Virus record (IMG/VR): IMGVR_UViG_3300021085_000037 | Span: 1-57,145 of that record | DNA length: 57,145 bases | Origin: a virus | Taxonomy: Duplodnaviria; Caudoviricetes | Reading direction: 5' to 3' (one strand) | Shown here: piece by piece, positions 36,078 to 46,601 of the stretch | Layout of the letters: each line of letters begins with the position of its first letter | Numbering within the stretch: position 1 is the stretch's first letter | Notes under the pieces: generated by a model | The model's input: only the letters and a program-made list of their open reading frames with translations | Told to the model about the DNA's origin: nothing | Database searches by the model: none | Program-made: the position numbers and the translations under genes

Positions 36078-38513
36078 TTACCTTGGTTCAAATTCTGCCA
36101 AGTCAAACCCATCTAAACTATCTTCGTTAGATTCAAAGTTTATAGGAGCACCATTGTTTTTTCTCTGGGTGATCATTTTAGACTGCTGAGTATTACCCAT
36201 ACTTATACGAGCTGCTTTAGCATCCTCCTTCTGAGTTTCTCTTGCATCTATCTGACTTTGCTCCATTCCCCTAAGTTGCATGTTATAGTTAAATTCAACA
36301 TCCATTAATCTTCTTTTCAACTCAGCTTCATTAGTTTGCTTCTCTATTTCAAAAGCAATCTCTGCTTGTTTAATTTGAATCTTAGCTTGTAATTCAGCTT
36401 GAGTTTGTTGCATCTTAGCTTGAGCAGCTTGTTGCTGAAGAGCCTGTTGCTGCTGACCTTGCATAGCTTGTTTCTGTTGCTCTTGTTGTTGAACTTCAGT
36501 TTGTTTTTGTTTTCTCTTAACTTTTAAAAGCTGGTTAGCCATTTTTAGATTATTAAGAGTTCTAATATCAATAGCATCTTCTAAATCAATACCACCTTTC
36601 TGTAAAGCCATTTGAATGTTTTGTTCAAGTTGTGCTTTTTCTTCTTCATCTGGTGACATTTCAATATATATACCAAAGTCATATAGATAAAGATTTTTAA
36701 TCTCTTCTATAATACCTAAATTATATTTACCAATTTGCATTGCAAACTCATCTTTAAAATCTGCGTACTCTAAAATATCAGCAGTTCTAATAGATAAACA
36801 TTCAGCTAAGGTTCTTGTAATGTACAAGCTACCTTGCATAATATGTCTTGTAGCAACATTAGAATTTAATGCTGCTAACTTTTGTACACCTACTAAAGAA
36901 TTAGGATCTGGCATTGAGGCATCTCTTGCTTCATTTAATCCAGTTACCTGTCTAATCATATTTAAATAATGATTATAATTTCCAATAAGCATTTGCATTT
37001 TACTTCCACCACTATTAGAATTAAGTTGAGTAATAGGAACTTTAGCATTATTAAACTCACCATCTTGAGTATAACTTCTACCAACTACACTACCAGTTTG
37101 GAAGTATAATCGTAAAGCATCTGACGGATCATATGCATTTCCTGTTCCTAAATCCACTTCACTTAATCCATCCGCATCTATAAACACACCATCTGGAACA
37201 ACCTTAGAAACAACTTGCTGTATCTTTAAGTGTGTCATTTGAATTAAATCAGCAAAAGGAATCATTCTTCTTACTAAAGAATCTAAAGCTCCTTTATATA
37301 ATCTTGGTGCACATGCTACATAGTTTGGCATAGCATACTGATTAGCAGAATTAGGACGAACCATGTTCTCCATCATTTCCCACTTTATCAATAAGTTACT
37401 ACCCATTACCATTACACCATCATACCATACATCTATTCTTTTTTCTACTCTTTCAAAGTTCCCTTCATCCATCATTTCCTGTGGAGGATTAAACTCATCA
37501 TCTTTTTCTACAGTCTTGAATGTACCTTCAGCCATTTTCTTTTTCTTGTACACAAAACTATTTGTAGTTTTATAATTAAAAAATAATAAAGTACAAGTGT
37601 CTCTGGCAAACATACTATTTTCATACATGGCTGCTACATTATAATAGTCATACCACGATTGACTGTATTTAGATATTTCTTCTAAGTCTTCTTCTGTTAG
37701 GTCAGGATTAATTTTTATAACCTCAGTAATAGGAACAGTTTTAATTTCACCCCAATAGAAACAATCTTTAAAGTAAGGATCTTCTGTATAACTATAAACA
37801 ACATTTGCTGGATCAACATACTCAACTCTTATTCCATCTCCTTGTTGAAACATATGCTTAGTCATACCAACACCAAGAGTAGTAATATCCATATCAACTC
37901 TTTTACGAGTATCATTATAATGGTTTTCTTGTAGCATTGTATCAATAGCTATTTCGTTTGCTATTTCAATTGCTGGTTTATAATTTAGTTGCATATACAA
38001 TTCCATCTCTGTATCACTTTGAGGTAATGTTTTAGGATCAACCTGAAACACTTCCATATCAAAGTCTTTTTCTACTTGATGAAATAAATCTTGAGCAGCC
38101 ACATTAATCTCAACCATTTTCTGGAATTGATTTCTTTTCTCAGCAGACATAGCATCTGAAGCAACACAGTTTACTTTGAATAGTCTATCTGACATTCCGT
38201 TAACAACAATGTCAACAAACTTTGGAATGATAGGAATTGGAGTCCAATCTAAATTTAGGTATGACAAATCTCCGTCTACCGCTAATTCATTTTTGTATTT
38301 TGCTATTGACTGCTCTCCTCTCGCATACAATCTTAGTCTATTAAATTCTGCCCACTGATTGTAGAATCTACAACTCATGCCATCTTTTCTAAACCACTCA
38401 TATTGTATTGCTTGACCAACTTGTAAACCAAACTCTTTTGTTGCTTTAGTTTTGTCGTTTACAAATTGATCAGGAAACGCAGCAGACTGTATATCTATTT
38501 GGACTGCTTTCAT
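36078..38513 (-). CDS. Portal protein
   Basis: 811 aa directly after terminase; PIIPKFVDIVVNG, TGLNEARD and Q-rich C-terminal barrel region. Confidence 0.8.
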   Translation of the reverse strand: MKAVQIDIQSAAFPDQFVNDKTKATKEFGLQVGQAIQYEWFRKDGMSCRFYNQWAEFNRLRLYARGEQSIAKYKNELAVDGDLSYLNLDWTPIPIIPKFVDIVVNGMSDRLFKVNCVASDAMSAEKRNQFQKMVEINVAAQDLFHQVEKDFDMEVFQVDPKTLPQSDTEMELYMQLNYKPAIEIANEIAIDTMLQENHYNDTRKRVDMDITTLGVGMTKHMFQQGDGIRVEYVDPANVVYSYTEDPYFKDCFYWGEIKTVPITEVIKINPDLTEEDLEEISKYSQSWYDYYNVAAMYENSMFARDTCTLLFFNYKTTNSFVYKKKKMAEGTFKTVEKDDEFNPPQEMMDEGNFERVEKRIDVWYDGVMVMGSNLLIKWEMMENMVRPNSANQYAMPNYVACAPRLYKGALDSLVRRMIPFADLIQMTHLKIQQVVSKVVPDGVFIDADGLSEVDLGTGNAYDPSDALRLYFQTGSVVGRSYTQDGEFNNAKVPITQLNSNSGGSKMQMLIGNYNHYLNMIRQVTGLNEARDASMPDPNSLVGVQKLAALNSNVATRHIMQGSLYITRTLAECLSIRTADILEYADFKDEFAMQIGKYNLGIIEEIKNLYLYDFGIYIEMSPDEEEKAQLEQNIQMALQKGGIDLEDAIDIRTLNNLKMANQLLKVKRKQKQTEVQQQEQQKQAMQGQQQQALQQQAAQAKMQQTQAELQAKIQIKQAEIAFEIEKQTNEAELKRRLMDVEFNYNMQLRGMEQSQIDARETQKEDAKAARISMGNTQQSKMITQRKNNGAPINFESNEDSLDGFDLAEFEPR

Positions 38514-40756
38514 GTAATTATTTTACTTTGAGTACTCTTATTGTTATATCTCGCAAAGTTAATACTTATTTTTGATTTTTGTTTAGATGGTGTGTATAAG
38601 TGCTTTTGGTTAGCCATTATAGCTAATCCAGAACTTATAGCCGCATCAAACTTAGTTCTATTACTAATATCAAACTTTGCCCAATCTTCTAATGTTCTTC
38701 CGAAATACATACTTCCCATATCTCCAGCATCTCTATAATCCCCTTGAAAATCTATACCCACATACTTTTCTATATAAGATTCTATAGCTGAAGCATGTGA
38801 TTGTTTTACGTCTTCTGAACTATTAGGTATACCTCCTAACTCTCTTTCTGTTTTAGATAATTTACTGTATACTTTATCTGGTCTGTTTAGTGAATAACCT
38901 CTATATCCTCTGTTTTTAAAATGGTATAATAATCTTGGTTTATTATTTTCACATAGTATTGGCATACCATAAAATATACAAGCCATTAAAACTTCTTCAA
39001 AAAATATTTCTGCTGTCTGAGGTCGTGCTATATATTCTAAAAAGAAATGGTTACTTGGAGATTCTTCCATATTAAATTTAGTTAATCCATGCAAAGCTCC
39101 ATTAGATCCTTTACCAACAACAACTCCTGATATATCATAAGAGTCACAACCAAAAGAACCCATATGTTCGTTACCAGGTTTTTTGATTCCTCTTTCAGTA
39201 ATTTGTCTATTTTGTAAATGTTTTGCTGGTAACCAAGTTGTTAAGAACCTACCATTTTTATTAGGAGTCCAAATAACCTTAGTATCTTTTACACCATTCT
39301 CCCAGTGAAACGAACCTCTGGTAGCATGATGAGACATTATTAAAGAATCATTATAATCTATTTGCTGATATATCTTTGTTAAATTAAATAAAGATTGTTT
39401 ACTCTCATCTCTAAAAGCATGAGACTCTGTTCTTGGAAACTGTCTATAAAATTCATTTAAAGCATCAGCATCTTGAGATAATGAATCAACTTCATTCTGC
39501 CAATAATTAATTGCTCCTATAGAAATTAATTCACCGTCAATCCCAACTCTTGGGTTTTTTGGAGTATGCAATACTGGCATACCATACTTATCTATGTATC
39601 CTTCAAAGTTCCATTCCATAGGAATAAAAAGACAATACAGTCCGCTTTTAGTTTGCCCGTTAGCATTTCTTTTATTAGGCATAGAATCTTCATATAAAGA
39701 TTTAAAATTACTACCACCTTTATCTAATGCGTTAGATGTAGAACCCATCATGCACTTACCAATAATTTTACTACCTAATCTTAAACATGTTTTAGTTACT
39801 CTCCAGTTATTCAATATATTATCAGGCCTTTCCCATTTACCACTTTCATCGTGTAGTAGTAGTTGTAACTTTTCACCATCATAACTATTGTCACCTGTAT
39901 TCTTCCAGTCTATAGTTGTATCTAATCCTTCAAGCTCTTCATCAGCCAAGGTGTGCATATTCTTTTTAGTAATTTTAGAAGCTGGGACTCTATAGGCTAA
40001 TTCTGTTTTAGGTTTATCCATACCATCTTGAATAGGTTTAAAAAAGAATGGATAGTTATTAGAAATAGGGACAACCTTATCGGTAAACATTTTTTTTGCA
40101 TCCGATCCAGACTTAGAAAGTATTCCTATACGAGCATCTTTAGTTATAGTTGCCTGATTAACTCCTTCACAAGAACTCATAAATGAAAATCCAGAACGTC
40201 TTATTTTTAAGTAACACATTCCAAAACTTCTTTTATCTGCTTTACAGGCCTCCCAAAAAATATAAAATACTCTATTAGCTTCTCTAAAATCTGGATTACC
40301 TACATCAATCTTTGTCCATTGTAAATACATATAATGTGTACCAGTTATATATGTTGGTACTCCATTATTCATAAACCAGTGTCCTTGCTCTCTTCTATTA
40401 AACTCCTCTTCTATATAGTCAACCCACTGTGATTTAAATTGATCTGGAGTTTCGTGCCATTGAAATATAGATTTAACTCTATTTAGTTCTTTAGATATAG
40501 GTACTGGTTCCCAATACTGTTCTTGCTTATCTTTAGATCTTTTATATACATTTTTTGGTGGCTTAGGTAATGCTATTTTTAATCCATTAATATCAATAAC
40601 ACTTTCTATTTGACCTGTTCTTGATATTACAACAACATCATATTTTTCATTATAACCATACAGCCAACTTCTCCCTCTGTTTTTACTTGCGATAACTGAG
40701 TTTGGAATAAACTTATTTAGTTTTGTATATAATTTATTTTGATCTTGACTCTGCAA
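38510..40756 (-). CDS. Terminase large subunit
   Basis: LKIRRSGFS Walker A variant, LLHDESGK Walker B, GST motif, GCDSYD nuclease motif and ENNK. Confidence 0.85.
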   Translation of the reverse strand: MQSQDQNKLYTKLNKFIPNSVIASKNRGRSWLYGYNEKYDVVVISRTGQIESVIDINGLKIALPKPPKNVYKRSKDKQEQYWEPVPISKELNRVKSIFQWHETPDQFKSQWVDYIEEEFNRREQGHWFMNNGVPTYITGTHYMYLQWTKIDVGNPDFREANRVFYIFWEACKADKRSFGMCYLKIRRSGFSFMSSCEGVNQATITKDARIGILSKSGSDAKKMFTDKVVPISNNYPFFFKPIQDGMDKPKTELAYRVPASKITKKNMHTLADEELEGLDTTIDWKNTGDNSYDGEKLQLLLHDESGKWERPDNILNNWRVTKTCLRLGSKIIGKCMMGSTSNALDKGGSNFKSLYEDSMPNKRNANGQTKSGLYCLFIPMEWNFEGYIDKYGMPVLHTPKNPRVGIDGELISIGAINYWQNEVDSLSQDADALNEFYRQFPRTESHAFRDESKQSLFNLTKIYQQIDYNDSLIMSHHATRGSFHWENGVKDTKVIWTPNKNGRFLTTWLPAKHLQNRQITERGIKKPGNEHMGSFGCDSYDISGVVVGKGSNGALHGLTKFNMEESPSNHFFLEYIARPQTAEIFFEEVLMACIFYGMPILCENNKPRLLYHFKNRGYRGYSLNRPDKVYSKLSKTERELGGIPNSSEDVKQSHASAIESYIEKYVGIDFQGDYRDAGDMGSMYFGRTLEDWAKFDISNRTKFDAAISSGLAIMANQKHLYTPSKQKSKISINFARYNNKSTQSKIIT

Positions 40757-41012
40757 ATCCTTTTAATGTATTACTTTTTTTCTCGGTAAAATTACCATCT
40801 AACATTGCTTTCTCTTCTTCTATTCTTTTTAGTATTTCAAAAGCATCCATTATACAAAGTTTCTTTGTAGCTGCGGCATTCTTTAATCTGTCAGCTGCAA
40901 GTTCATCATCTTTATCGTACTTAATAATATCTTCTTTTGCTACTTTAATCAATTGTTTTACAGCCTTTTGACCAGCATCTATAATATTTTGTTTAAGTTC
41001 TCTTGTGTCCAT
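40734..41012 (-). CDS. Small helical protein, possible terminase small subunit
   Basis: Overlaps the TerL start; function inferred from position only. Confidence 0.45.
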   Translation of the reverse strand: MDTRELKQNIIDAGQKAVKQLIKVAKEDIIKYDKDDELAADRLKNAAATKKLCIMDAFEILKRIEEEKAMLDGNFTEKKSNTLKGFAESRSK

Positions 41013-41584
41013 TATTTAAATTTATAAAAAATTACATACACCTCTCTACCTTCTTTCCAAGATTTATTAGGATACTTACTATGAAAGTAATTAGATGGAT
41101 ATGATATAATTCTATTTTGCTCATAGCCAACTACAGAAGTTAATCTCCATTTCTCAAGAATCTCAGAATCTTCTTGCAATAATAAATCAAATTCTTTATC
41201 ACTAATATCCATGGGTAATTCTTTGCCATATATATCATGTTCATAAAAAGCTGTTCCATGAAGTTCTTCTAATTCTCTTGGTGACATATAGATAACAGCC
41301 GCTCTATCTGGCTGCTCCCCGTTAATCTTAGCATCGGCATGTATTCTCCAATTAGTATCTAAATTATCATTAGACATCCTAAAGAAACTTAATATGTTGT
41401 ATAACTCTTTTCCTTCAAAGTTAGACAGTTTACTAAGTACATATTCATTAAATGATTTTGGGGATTCCTGTACATAGAAGTTTTTATCTCCAGCTTTATG
41501 AGTTACCCACTTTCCTTTTTTTAAATAGTTAGTAGCTATCTTAAATAAATCTTTATCAATAAAATCATCTATTGCATATATCAT
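41012..41584 (-). CDS. 2OG-Fe(II) oxygenase-like protein
   Basis: IDDF start, IHAD (HxD), AAVIYM, GTAFY, NRIISY..YFH and R.VYVIF motifs. Confidence 0.7.
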   Translation of the reverse strand: MIYAIDDFIDKDLFKIATNYLKKGKWVTHKAGDKNFYVQESPKSFNEYVLSKLSNFEGKELYNILSFFRMSNDNLDTNWRIHADAKINGEQPDRAAVIYMSPRELEELHGTAFYEHDIYGKELPMDISDKEFDLLLQEDSEILEKWRLTSVVGYEQNRIISYPSNYFHSKYPNKSWKEGREVYVIFYKFK

Positions 41585-42144
41585 ATAATCATTGTTATAT
41601 TATTAGTATACATTCGATATAGCTTTTCTCCATCTATCGTGAAAGGATAATCACTGTCAGGAGTGTAAGATATCTCATCTCCTTCCTTGACTCCCATATC
41701 TAAAAGTTCTTGATTAATATATTTTACTTTTCCAAATAAAGGTTCTTCTCCACCTGGTTTAAATATATACGAATCTTTTAATGCAATAGGTTCTATAAAA
41801 CAATACTTACCCCATGCATTCCATTGTGTACCGTTATGATACATGTAAAACTGTTCGGTATCTACTAAGAATAAGTTTTCTTTTAAAAAACTTCTTCCGC
41901 TTTTTCTTCTACCTTGCATGTCATTATAAAATTTAAAAACATTATGGTGTACTAAAAGCATGTCACCCTTTTTGATAGGGCCATTATATCCAATAGGTGT
42001 TTCAACAACTATTGCAAAACGATTAGATGATGTATGATCTTCTTCAGAAACACTGGTAATAAAGTTAACCTCGCCTATCTCTTTCTGATTATCATACCTT
42101 CTATCGTTAACTGGTGTTACGATAAAGCAGTATGGAGATTTCAT
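41581..42144 (-). CDS. Tandem GroES-like fold protein
   Basis: Two repeats of F.V.P..(G/A).V...(K)GD pattern: FIVTP..AIVV..KKGDMLLV and FIEP..GKVK..KEGDEI. Confidence 0.5.
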   Translation of the reverse strand: MKSPYCFIVTPVNDRRYDNQKEIGEVNFITSVSEEDHTSSNRFAIVVETPIGYNGPIKKGDMLLVHHNVFKFYNDMQGRRKSGRSFLKENLFLVDTEQFYMYHNGTQWNAWGKYCFIEPIALKDSYIFKPGGEEPLFGKVKYINQELLDMGVKEGDEISYTPDSDYPFTIDGEKLYRMYTNNITMII

Positions 42145-42362
42145 CAGAAGTTTATATTATATTCAACAGCTATTGGAAGTGTAGTTAAAAACTCTTTCCA
42201 AACAAATAACTTTTCATCCTTCTCCACCCATATTCTAAATGAGCTTTTTTGTGCTTGTATAAGATGTATTGTGTGTGATCCACCAAGAACTTCTTGTCCT
42301 TTTATATAGTGCATTGCACCAGACTTAAAGTCTGATCCAATTGATATTTTTCTAATGTCCAT
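42144..42362 (-). CDS. Hypothetical protein
   Basis: IRKISIG.D.K..AMHY..GQ.V; coupled to the next gene. Confidence 0.65.
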   Translation of the reverse strand: MDIRKISIGSDFKSGAMHYIKGQEVLGGSHTIHLIQAQKSSFRIWVEKDEKLFVWKEFLTTLPIAVEYNINF

Positions 42363-42385
42363 TTCATTTTATTTTAATTTGATTA

Positions 42386-45253
42386 TTATGGTGCTGGGTT
42401 AAATTCTAAATCTATAGTTCCGTTCATGCCACCAAGAGTACCATCGGAAGAATGTATCGACATAAATATTGCTTCATCAGCTTGTACGTCAAGATATGAA
42501 GAAGGAGTTGCAGTTAAGTCAAGCTCACAACATAACATATTATTTAAACCTCCAGGTGATTGCACAAAGAAACATCTTGTAATAAAGTACCAGGTTGGTA
42601 CATCTAATTCGTTTTGACAAATTCTCTTTTTATATAAGTAAACTTCAAAAGTTTTCATAGTGTGAGAAACAGTAACTTTACCACTACAAAGTCTATATGT
42701 TTGCCCAAGACAATTATTATTCATTCCTCTAAATACAGAAGCGTTTATAATATTACTTCCGTTAGATGGATTTGTTAATTGTGGATCATCAATATTGTAT
42801 CCAATTAAATCCATACCTGTAAATCCAGTTGTTGGAAGAGCTTGTGTAGGATTCATTGGGTTTTCATATAACCACCAATCTAACCCAGGTGATGTTCTTT
42901 TTAGTTCTGGACTATAAAATCCTCTTGAGGCTCTTATAATATTGCTACCACCACCGCCACCACCAGTAGCGGTAACAGTTACATTTCCAGCTGCTTGATT
43001 GACACTTATACCAGCACCAGCTATAATACTTAATACACCAGTATTAGTAATAGTAACAATATCAGGATTACTCATTGCAGTTGATATCCCTGATCCTCCT
43101 AAGAATTGTAGTTTATCACCATCTACTATTGTTTCGTTACCACCAGCGTCAGCTTGTACCTCAAAAGAACTCATTGTTCCACCACCAGCACTTGAAGCAA
43201 CTGTTATTTGGTTAGCACCATTATCAGTTAAAGTTATGTTTGATCCAGCAACAAGAGATACAACATCTGTTACAGTAGGACTTGTTTGAGCATAAGTCAT
43301 ATCCACATTAGCTCCATTCTGAGCACTTGTGTAAGTAGCTGTACTACCACCACCACCAGTACCATTAGATGCTGCTGTAATTTGCCCTTGAGCATTTACT
43401 GTAATATCAGCATTTGTATAACTACCAGCTGCTACCGTTGTGTTGTCTAAATCAAAAGTAACTGTATTTACTGCTGTAACAGAAGATGTTAATCCAGTGC
43501 CTCCAACAAAAGTTATTTTATCACCATTTACTATTGTTTGACTACCAGCAGCACTATCTGCTATATCAAAAGAAGTCATTCCTCCTCCTCCACCAGCAGC
43601 GTCTATTGTTATAGCATTACCAGTATCTGTAATTGTAATATTTGTACCAGCAATAATTTGAACAGTATCTGTTGTACCATCACTACCTATTAGGTTTACG
43701 TTTGAATTACTTCCGTTCTGTTGTGAAGTTAAATCATATGTTGTGTCTGTTGGTGTCGCTCCACTAATAGCAGCAACATGACCATACTGATCAACTGTAA
43801 CAGTTGCATTAGTATATGTTCCAGCTAAGCCTGTACCCAGATCGTGATGTACCTCTACCGTATCTACTGCTACTGCCTTAGTGTATATAGGATTATTTCC
43901 TACTTGTCCTATAATAGAAAGTATATCGTTATTAGCTATTGGTAAGTTAGCACCACTATCGGCTCTAACATCAAAACCACTCATTCCACCAGGAGCATTA
44001 ACCCACTCTATACTTGCACCATTTGTTTGTAATATTTGACCAGCCGAACCTGTTCCATTGGAAGCTACAAGAAAACCTGGTGTCATAGATGGTGCTGTAA
44101 CATTTGCTGCACCACTTAATAAAATACTATTAGCAGATGTATTACCAGCTACTAAAACGTCATCTAAAGGACAACAGTTTGTAGACAATGAAGTCCATTC
44201 AACACCCGTTGCTGTAGCTGTTAGATATTGTCCTGGTGTTCCTACAGATGCGTTAGCACTAATTGTAGTATTGGCTCCTAAAACTAAACTTCCTGTTAAG
44301 TCTATTATACCTGTTAGATTAATATCTTCTGTAGCTGTATTACCAGCATCTAAAACATTTTGAAGTGTTGGTGCTGCTGTGTTGTTAATCCATGCTACAC
44401 CAGCTCCTGTGGAACTTAAGATTTGACCAGCCACACCTACTGATCCATTAACATCTTCCAGTGCACCATCTATATCTAAATCTCCAGAGAATGTATTAGT
44501 ACCAGACCACACGTTATTAGCCGCTGAAGTTATTTGAGAACTTGCGTCAAATGTAGTTGTACTTGGCCCTACAAAACTTAGTCCAATTGCTGTTAAAGTA
44601 TTTCCAGCTGTTGCTGTTGATTGTATGCTACAACAACTTCCTAAATTTGGATCTGCCCAAACAATATCACTACCGTCCCAAGTTAAAACTTGATTAACTA
44701 ATCCTGTTGATCCAGCCGCATCATTAATAGTAGTACCAGGAGATAATAAAATAGAACCTGATCCATCAATATCAAGATCGGTTCCATTTGTTAATTGAAG
44801 TAATTGATTAGCTCCAGAGAAGTACATGCTCCCTGTTGTGAGTATATCATTACCACCAGTAGTATTACCTACAGCAAGTACGTCTTTAAGTGCACAACAA
44901 CCCGCTGCTCCAGGAGTAGTCCATGTAGCACATGCACCTATACCTTGTGATGTAAGTACTTGTCCTGGTGCTCCAACATTACCAGATAAATATATTTGGC
45001 ATAGATCAAGATAAGCTACACCAGGGCCACCTAATAAACTAATGTGACCTGATAAATTTATATCTTGAGTAGCTGCATTATTTTCATCTAACACAGACTG
45101 CAATCCTTGAAGAAGTCCACCGCCACCCCCAGCTATATCACTAACTAAAAAAGTAACCGTCTTGTTATCGTCACTTACATCAGTTCCAACTATATAGTCA
45201 TCCATTGCTGGAGTGACCGTAGGGTATACCGTAGTATTCTCAATTTTTGCCAT
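42386..45253 (-). CDS. Tail fibre protein (955 aa)
   Basis: Gly/Thr-rich repeats G..GQVL....W, L..VL..GNT and YTNA.ITV...G. Confidence 0.7.
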   Translation of the reverse strand: MAKIENTTVYPTVTPAMDDYIVGTDVSDDNKTVTFLVSDIAGGGGGLLQGLQSVLDENNAATQDINLSGHISLLGGPGVAYLDLCQIYLSGNVGAPGQVLTSQGIGACATWTTPGAAGCCALKDVLAVGNTTGGNDILTTGSMYFSGANQLLQLTNGTDLDIDGSGSILLSPGTTINDAAGSTGLVNQVLTWDGSDIVWADPNLGSCCSIQSTATAGNTLTAIGLSFVGPSTTTFDASSQITSAANNVWSGTNTFSGDLDIDGALEDVNGSVGVAGQILSSTGAGVAWINNTAAPTLQNVLDAGNTATEDINLTGIIDLTGSLVLGANTTISANASVGTPGQYLTATATGVEWTSLSTNCCPLDDVLVAGNTSANSILLSGAANVTAPSMTPGFLVASNGTGSAGQILQTNGASIEWVNAPGGMSGFDVRADSGANLPIANNDILSIIGQVGNNPIYTKAVAVDTVEVHHDLGTGLAGTYTNATVTVDQYGHVAAISGATPTDTTYDLTSQQNGSNSNVNLIGSDGTTDTVQIIAGTNITITDTGNAITIDAAGGGGGMTSFDIADSAAGSQTIVNGDKITFVGGTGLTSSVTAVNTVTFDLDNTTVAAGSYTNADITVNAQGQITAASNGTGGGGSTATYTSAQNGANVDMTYAQTSPTVTDVVSLVAGSNITLTDNGANQITVASSAGGGTMSSFEVQADAGGNETIVDGDKLQFLGGSGISTAMSNPDIVTITNTGVLSIIAGAGISVNQAAGNVTVTATGGGGGGSNIIRASRGFYSPELKRTSPGLDWWLYENPMNPTQALPTTGFTGMDLIGYNIDDPQLTNPSNGSNIINASVFRGMNNNCLGQTYRLCSGKVTVSHTMKTFEVYLYKKRICQNELDVPTWYFITRCFFVQSPGGLNNMLCCELDLTATPSSYLDVQADEAIFMSIHSSDGTLGGMNGTIDLEFNPAP

Positions 45254-45516
45254 TACTCAACTTTTTCTAATTTTTCTTTTTCTTTTTCGGAGATATCTCC
45301 AGTTTGAATATCGATAACAGCATCTTGTCCGTACTTCTCAGTTAATTTTTCCTCAACTGATTTATATTCTTCTTTAAGTTTTGCAACCTCACCAAGAAGA
45401 TGTTCTTTCGTTAGTACTGTATCTGCGATCTTCAGTTTAAGCTGATTAAAAGCGTTGTTCATTGATTGAACTTCTAATAATTCTGCTTCCGTAATTTTTT
45501 TTGCTGCGTTTGCCAT
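45253..45516 (-). CDS. Small coiled-coil protein, paralog of 49442-49690
   Basis: KKITE.EL..KYG.DAVID..TG.I shared with the 82-aa protein. Confidence 0.65.
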   Translation of the reverse strand: MANAAKKITEAELLEVQSMNNAFNQLKLKIADTVLTKEHLLGEVAKLKEEYKSVEEKLTEKYGQDAVIDIQTGDISEKEKEKLEKVE

Positions 45517-45584
45517 TTGATTTAATTTAGATTAATATATTCCACAAAGATAGTAAAAATAAAATTCTTTACTTAATAGTTGTA

Positions 45585-46592
45585 TTAAGCTATTTTATGA
45601 GCAGAGAACCTACAACCATCGGTTACTGTTGTTATTCCAGAACCGCTTGATGCTCTTCCCTCAATCCAAAATCTGGCTCTAATATATGCCTCAGTTGCTA
45701 TTGAAAAAATAAGACTACAACTTCCACTTCCTCTATACACAAATCCCCAAGTTGAAGCACCACTACTTGTAGCTGTACCTCTGTCATAATTATAAACTTG
45801 ACTTCCTTGTATAGAAGTCCAAGTTGTACCATTGGTAGAATATTCCAGATTTGCTGCGGCTAAAGTTCTATTTGGAGAAGCTGAAACTGTAGATGCAAAA
45901 TTAAAATCAATGTGGTAAAGTCCAGAAATATCAAATGCTATAGAACTACTACTTGCTGTTATGCTTTGAGCAGTGATTTGAGATGTACTTAGATTCAATG
46001 TAACCTTAGTTCCAGTCACCCCTCCAGAGTTTATTACCTGTGCTGATGGAGGACTGAAAGATCCATAAGCTGTTTCACTTGGAGCTTCAGTTATATAATT
46101 TGCATCATTTATTATAAACTTATTATTTAATGTTTGTTTTCTAATACTTGTAACACAACCCTGAACTAAGTTTACCTCTGATATAGATTCTCCTGGGCCA
46201 AGTACTCCAAAGAATTGAGTTAATCCTATAGTAGTGTTTCCACTTGTAGTTACATAACCAGCACCATTTGTTAATTGATTGTTATTGGTTATATAATTAG
46301 CATTTGATGCTCCTGTAAAACCTAAGTTAGAAAGTGTTAAAGTTCTTGTAGTTGCAGATGTAGCAACACCATTTGTAAAATTTAATGTTGCAAATACTGT
46401 AGCTGTGTTTAAAGTATTACTTTGATTGATACCTATAGTAGTATTTCCACTTGTAGTTACATAACCAGCTCCATTAGTGAGCTGGTTATTATTAGTTGGA
46501 ATAGTAGTACTTGTAAAAGCATTTGTTCCTAAAGCACTTCCGTTTATAGTTATGTCTGGGACTTGAATGTCATCCTTAAACTCTATAGCCAT
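45585..46592 (-). CDS. Tail fibre / receptor-binding protein (335 aa)
   Basis: Internal TNNNQLTNGAGYVTTSGNTTIG duplication; beta-rich C-terminal head (SGLYHIDF). Confidence 0.6.
   Translation of the reverse strand: MAIEFKDDIQVPDITINGSALGTNAFTSTTIPTNNNQLTNGAGYVTTSGNTTIGINQSNTLNTATVFATLNFTNGVATSATTRTLTLSNLGFTGASNANYITNNNQLTNGAGYVTTSGNTTIGLTQFFGVLGPGESISEVNLVQGCVTSIRKQTLNNKFIINDANYITEAPSETAYGSFSPPSAQVINSGGVTGTKVTLNLSTSQITAQSITASSSSIAFDISGLYHIDFNFASTVSASPNRTLAAANLEYSTNGTTWTSIQGSQVYNYDRGTATSSGASTWGFVYRGSGSCSLIFSIATEAYIRARFWIEGRASSGSGITTVTDGCRFSAHKIA
46224..46496. repeat. 66-bp intragenic direct repeat (46224-46289 and 46431-46496)
   Basis: Both copies encode the identical 22-aa peptide and differ at synonymous positions. 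Confidence 0.8.
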
Positions 46593-46601
46593 TATTTAGT
46601 T

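Noticed and set aside
46224-46496. 66-bp repeat as a DGR template/variable repeat pair or CRISPR-like repeat
   Set aside because: Both copies are in frame, encode the same peptide and differ synonymously. There is no reverse transcriptase, spacer array or cas gene.
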